Assembly: GCA_963782055.1 (NCBI GenBank)
Contig: CAWAIF010000003.1
Span: 6,848,001-6,912,000 of the forward strand
DNA: 64,000 nucleotides
Source: an uncultured delta proteobacterium
Lineage (GTDB): Bacteria > Myxococcota_A > Polyangia > Polyangiales > Polyangiaceae
Direction: 5' to 3'
Shown here: piece after piece, positions 62,866 to 64,000 of the stretch
Layout of the letters: every line of letters begins with the position of its first letter
Position numbering within the stretch: position 1 is the first letter of the stretch
Program-made: the position numbers and the translations under genes
Notes under the pieces: generated by a model
What the model was told of the DNA's origin: nothing
Databases searched by the model: none
What the model saw: only the letters and a program-made list of their open reading frames with translations

Positions 62866-63203
62866 CCGAGGAGTCCTCCCACCAGCTTTTCTGCCAGCGA
62901 AGCCGCCCTGTCGGCCTCCTCGGGCTCCACGGGTTCGTCGTGGTAGTCAGCCTTCAACCGCATCCCGTAGAGCTCCTTCAAGTCCTTGCGACCTTCTTCA
63001 TCAAGGATACCGATTCTCGCCGCGTCGTCCGGCAGCAGATCGTGTCGGTAGTACTGCTTGTCGGAGGTGAACTCGAGGTGGCGAGCCTGCGCGACGTGCG
63101 CGACCGCGTGGTAGGCCGCGTAGTACGCGCGGTTGGCGGCGGCGTTGGCGAGACAGGGTCGGACGCCGTCGTCGTCCGGGAGCAGCCGACCGCGGCGCGT
63201 CAA
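62862..63203 (-). CDS. HEPN domain protein, N-terminus probably truncated
   Basis: AANRAYYAAYHA, H and R-LKAD-Y motifs; first helix appears missing. Confidence 0.75.
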   Translation of the reverse strand: MTRRGRLLPDDDGVRPCLANAAANRAYYAAYHAVAHVAQARHLEFTSDKQYYRHDLLPDDAARIGILDEEGRKDLKELYGMRLKADYHDEPVEPEEADRAASLAEKLVGGLLG

Positions 63204-63212
63204 TCATCGCAG

Positions 63213-63310
63213 AGCAGAATGCATGCCGGGCGCGGGGACCGTGATTTCCCGCGCGAGGACGACGCCCGAGGTGTCCGGGGACAGCCGCCACCTGTCCCGG
63301 GGACACCCGG
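63213..63310 (-). promoter_or_regulatory. Same sigma-54 promoter plus palindrome architecture upstream of the HEPN gene
   Basis: CGGCATGCATTCTGCT (63228-63213); TGTCC-GG-GGACA at 63272-63283; second TGTCC..GGACA at 63293-63305. Confidence 0.6.
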
Positions 63311-63487
63311 CGTCGCAGGTCTCCCGCTCCGCGACCCGGGCACCGCGAGTGGTGCCGCTCGATCAGCCGCGCTGCTGCGCGTCCCACACGCATGCCGCCT
63401 TGACCCGCGCGCTCTCCACGAAGTGCGCCTCGAGGCGGATGCCGAGCTGCCCGGCGAGACGAGCGCGCGGCGGGAGCGTGACGCCCT

Positions 63488-63895
63488 TCAGATGCCACAT
63501 CCCCAGGACGGACCTCCGCCGTCGACGTTGGGATCGGACTGGCACCAACAAGATTGCGGTGTGCCTTCGTAGAAGCGATTGCAGTACGTCAGGTTCACGT
63601 AACAGCCGACCGGGAACGTCTCGCCAACTCCCGCGTCGTCTTCGAAGAAGCCCCCCACCGAGACGGAACACCTCGGCGCGTCGGCGGCAGCGTCCGTGGG
63701 GCAGATGAACTGGTTGTGCGCGGGCGCGCAGCACTTCGGGTCGGTGGTCGACGGGACCCATGCGTCGGAGCCCGCGAACTTCGGGTCGTCGGGGAACCCC
63801 GTGCACGTCCGCGGGTTGGCGTTCTCGGCGATCTGCCCGCACGACACGATCGCCAGCAGCGCGACCGCGCAACCCCAGGCATCCACGTTCGACAT
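63488..63895 (-). CDS. Small Cys-rich lipoprotein
   Basis: GGAGG SD; signal ...ALLAIVSC. Confidence 0.7.
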   Translation of the reverse strand: MSNVDAWGCAVALLAIVSCGQIAENANPRTCTGFPDDPKFAGSDAWVPSTTDPKCCAPAHNQFICPTDAAADAPRCSVSVGGFFEDDAGVGETFPVGCYVNLTYCNRFYEGTPQSCWCQSDPNVDGGGPSWGCGI

Positions 63896-64000
63896 GAGGC
63901 GCCTCCGTAAGTTGCGTGGGAAGTGGGCGGGGGTCAAGGGACCGGTGAGCACGACGCGTGCCATCGCCACGGTGACGCGATTGCTGGCCGCGCTGGACCA

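Overview
High-GC bacterial DNA, most likely a myxobacterium of the Polyangia/Sorangiineae type. This is inferred from a MYXO-CTERM tail, many Cys-rich lipoproteins, a Ser/Thr kinase and an expanded Uma2 family. An intact housekeeping backbone (two acyl-CoA dehydrogenases, tldD/tldE, tamB/tamA-like genes, a TrmH methylase, grpE-dnaK, a LeuA-like synthase, a PAS hybrid kinase) alternates with plastic accessory regions. (1) From 47.7 to 63.3 kb, five near-identical Uma2 (PD-(D/E)XK) endonuclease genes plus one remnant each carry a conserved sigma-54 -24/-12 promoter, and the full copies also carry a TGTCC-N2-GGACA palindrome. They separate unrelated cargo (ankyrin, SEL1, lipoproteins, WYL/DUF2779, a TIGR04255 triad, HEPN), like a cassette array without an integrase. 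(2) Two Cys-rich lipoprotein operons have a simple-sequence repeat directly after the ATG of the first gene (7-mer x11 and 5-mer x6). Both are currently out of frame, so they are candidate phase-variable switches. (3) A ~370-bp inversion splits both a sigma-54 promoter and its gene. (4) A segmental duplication flanks a hipBA module with a frameshifted hipA. No rRNA, tRNA, CRISPR array, integrase or transposase was recognised. All family calls are by motif recognition only; no searches were run.
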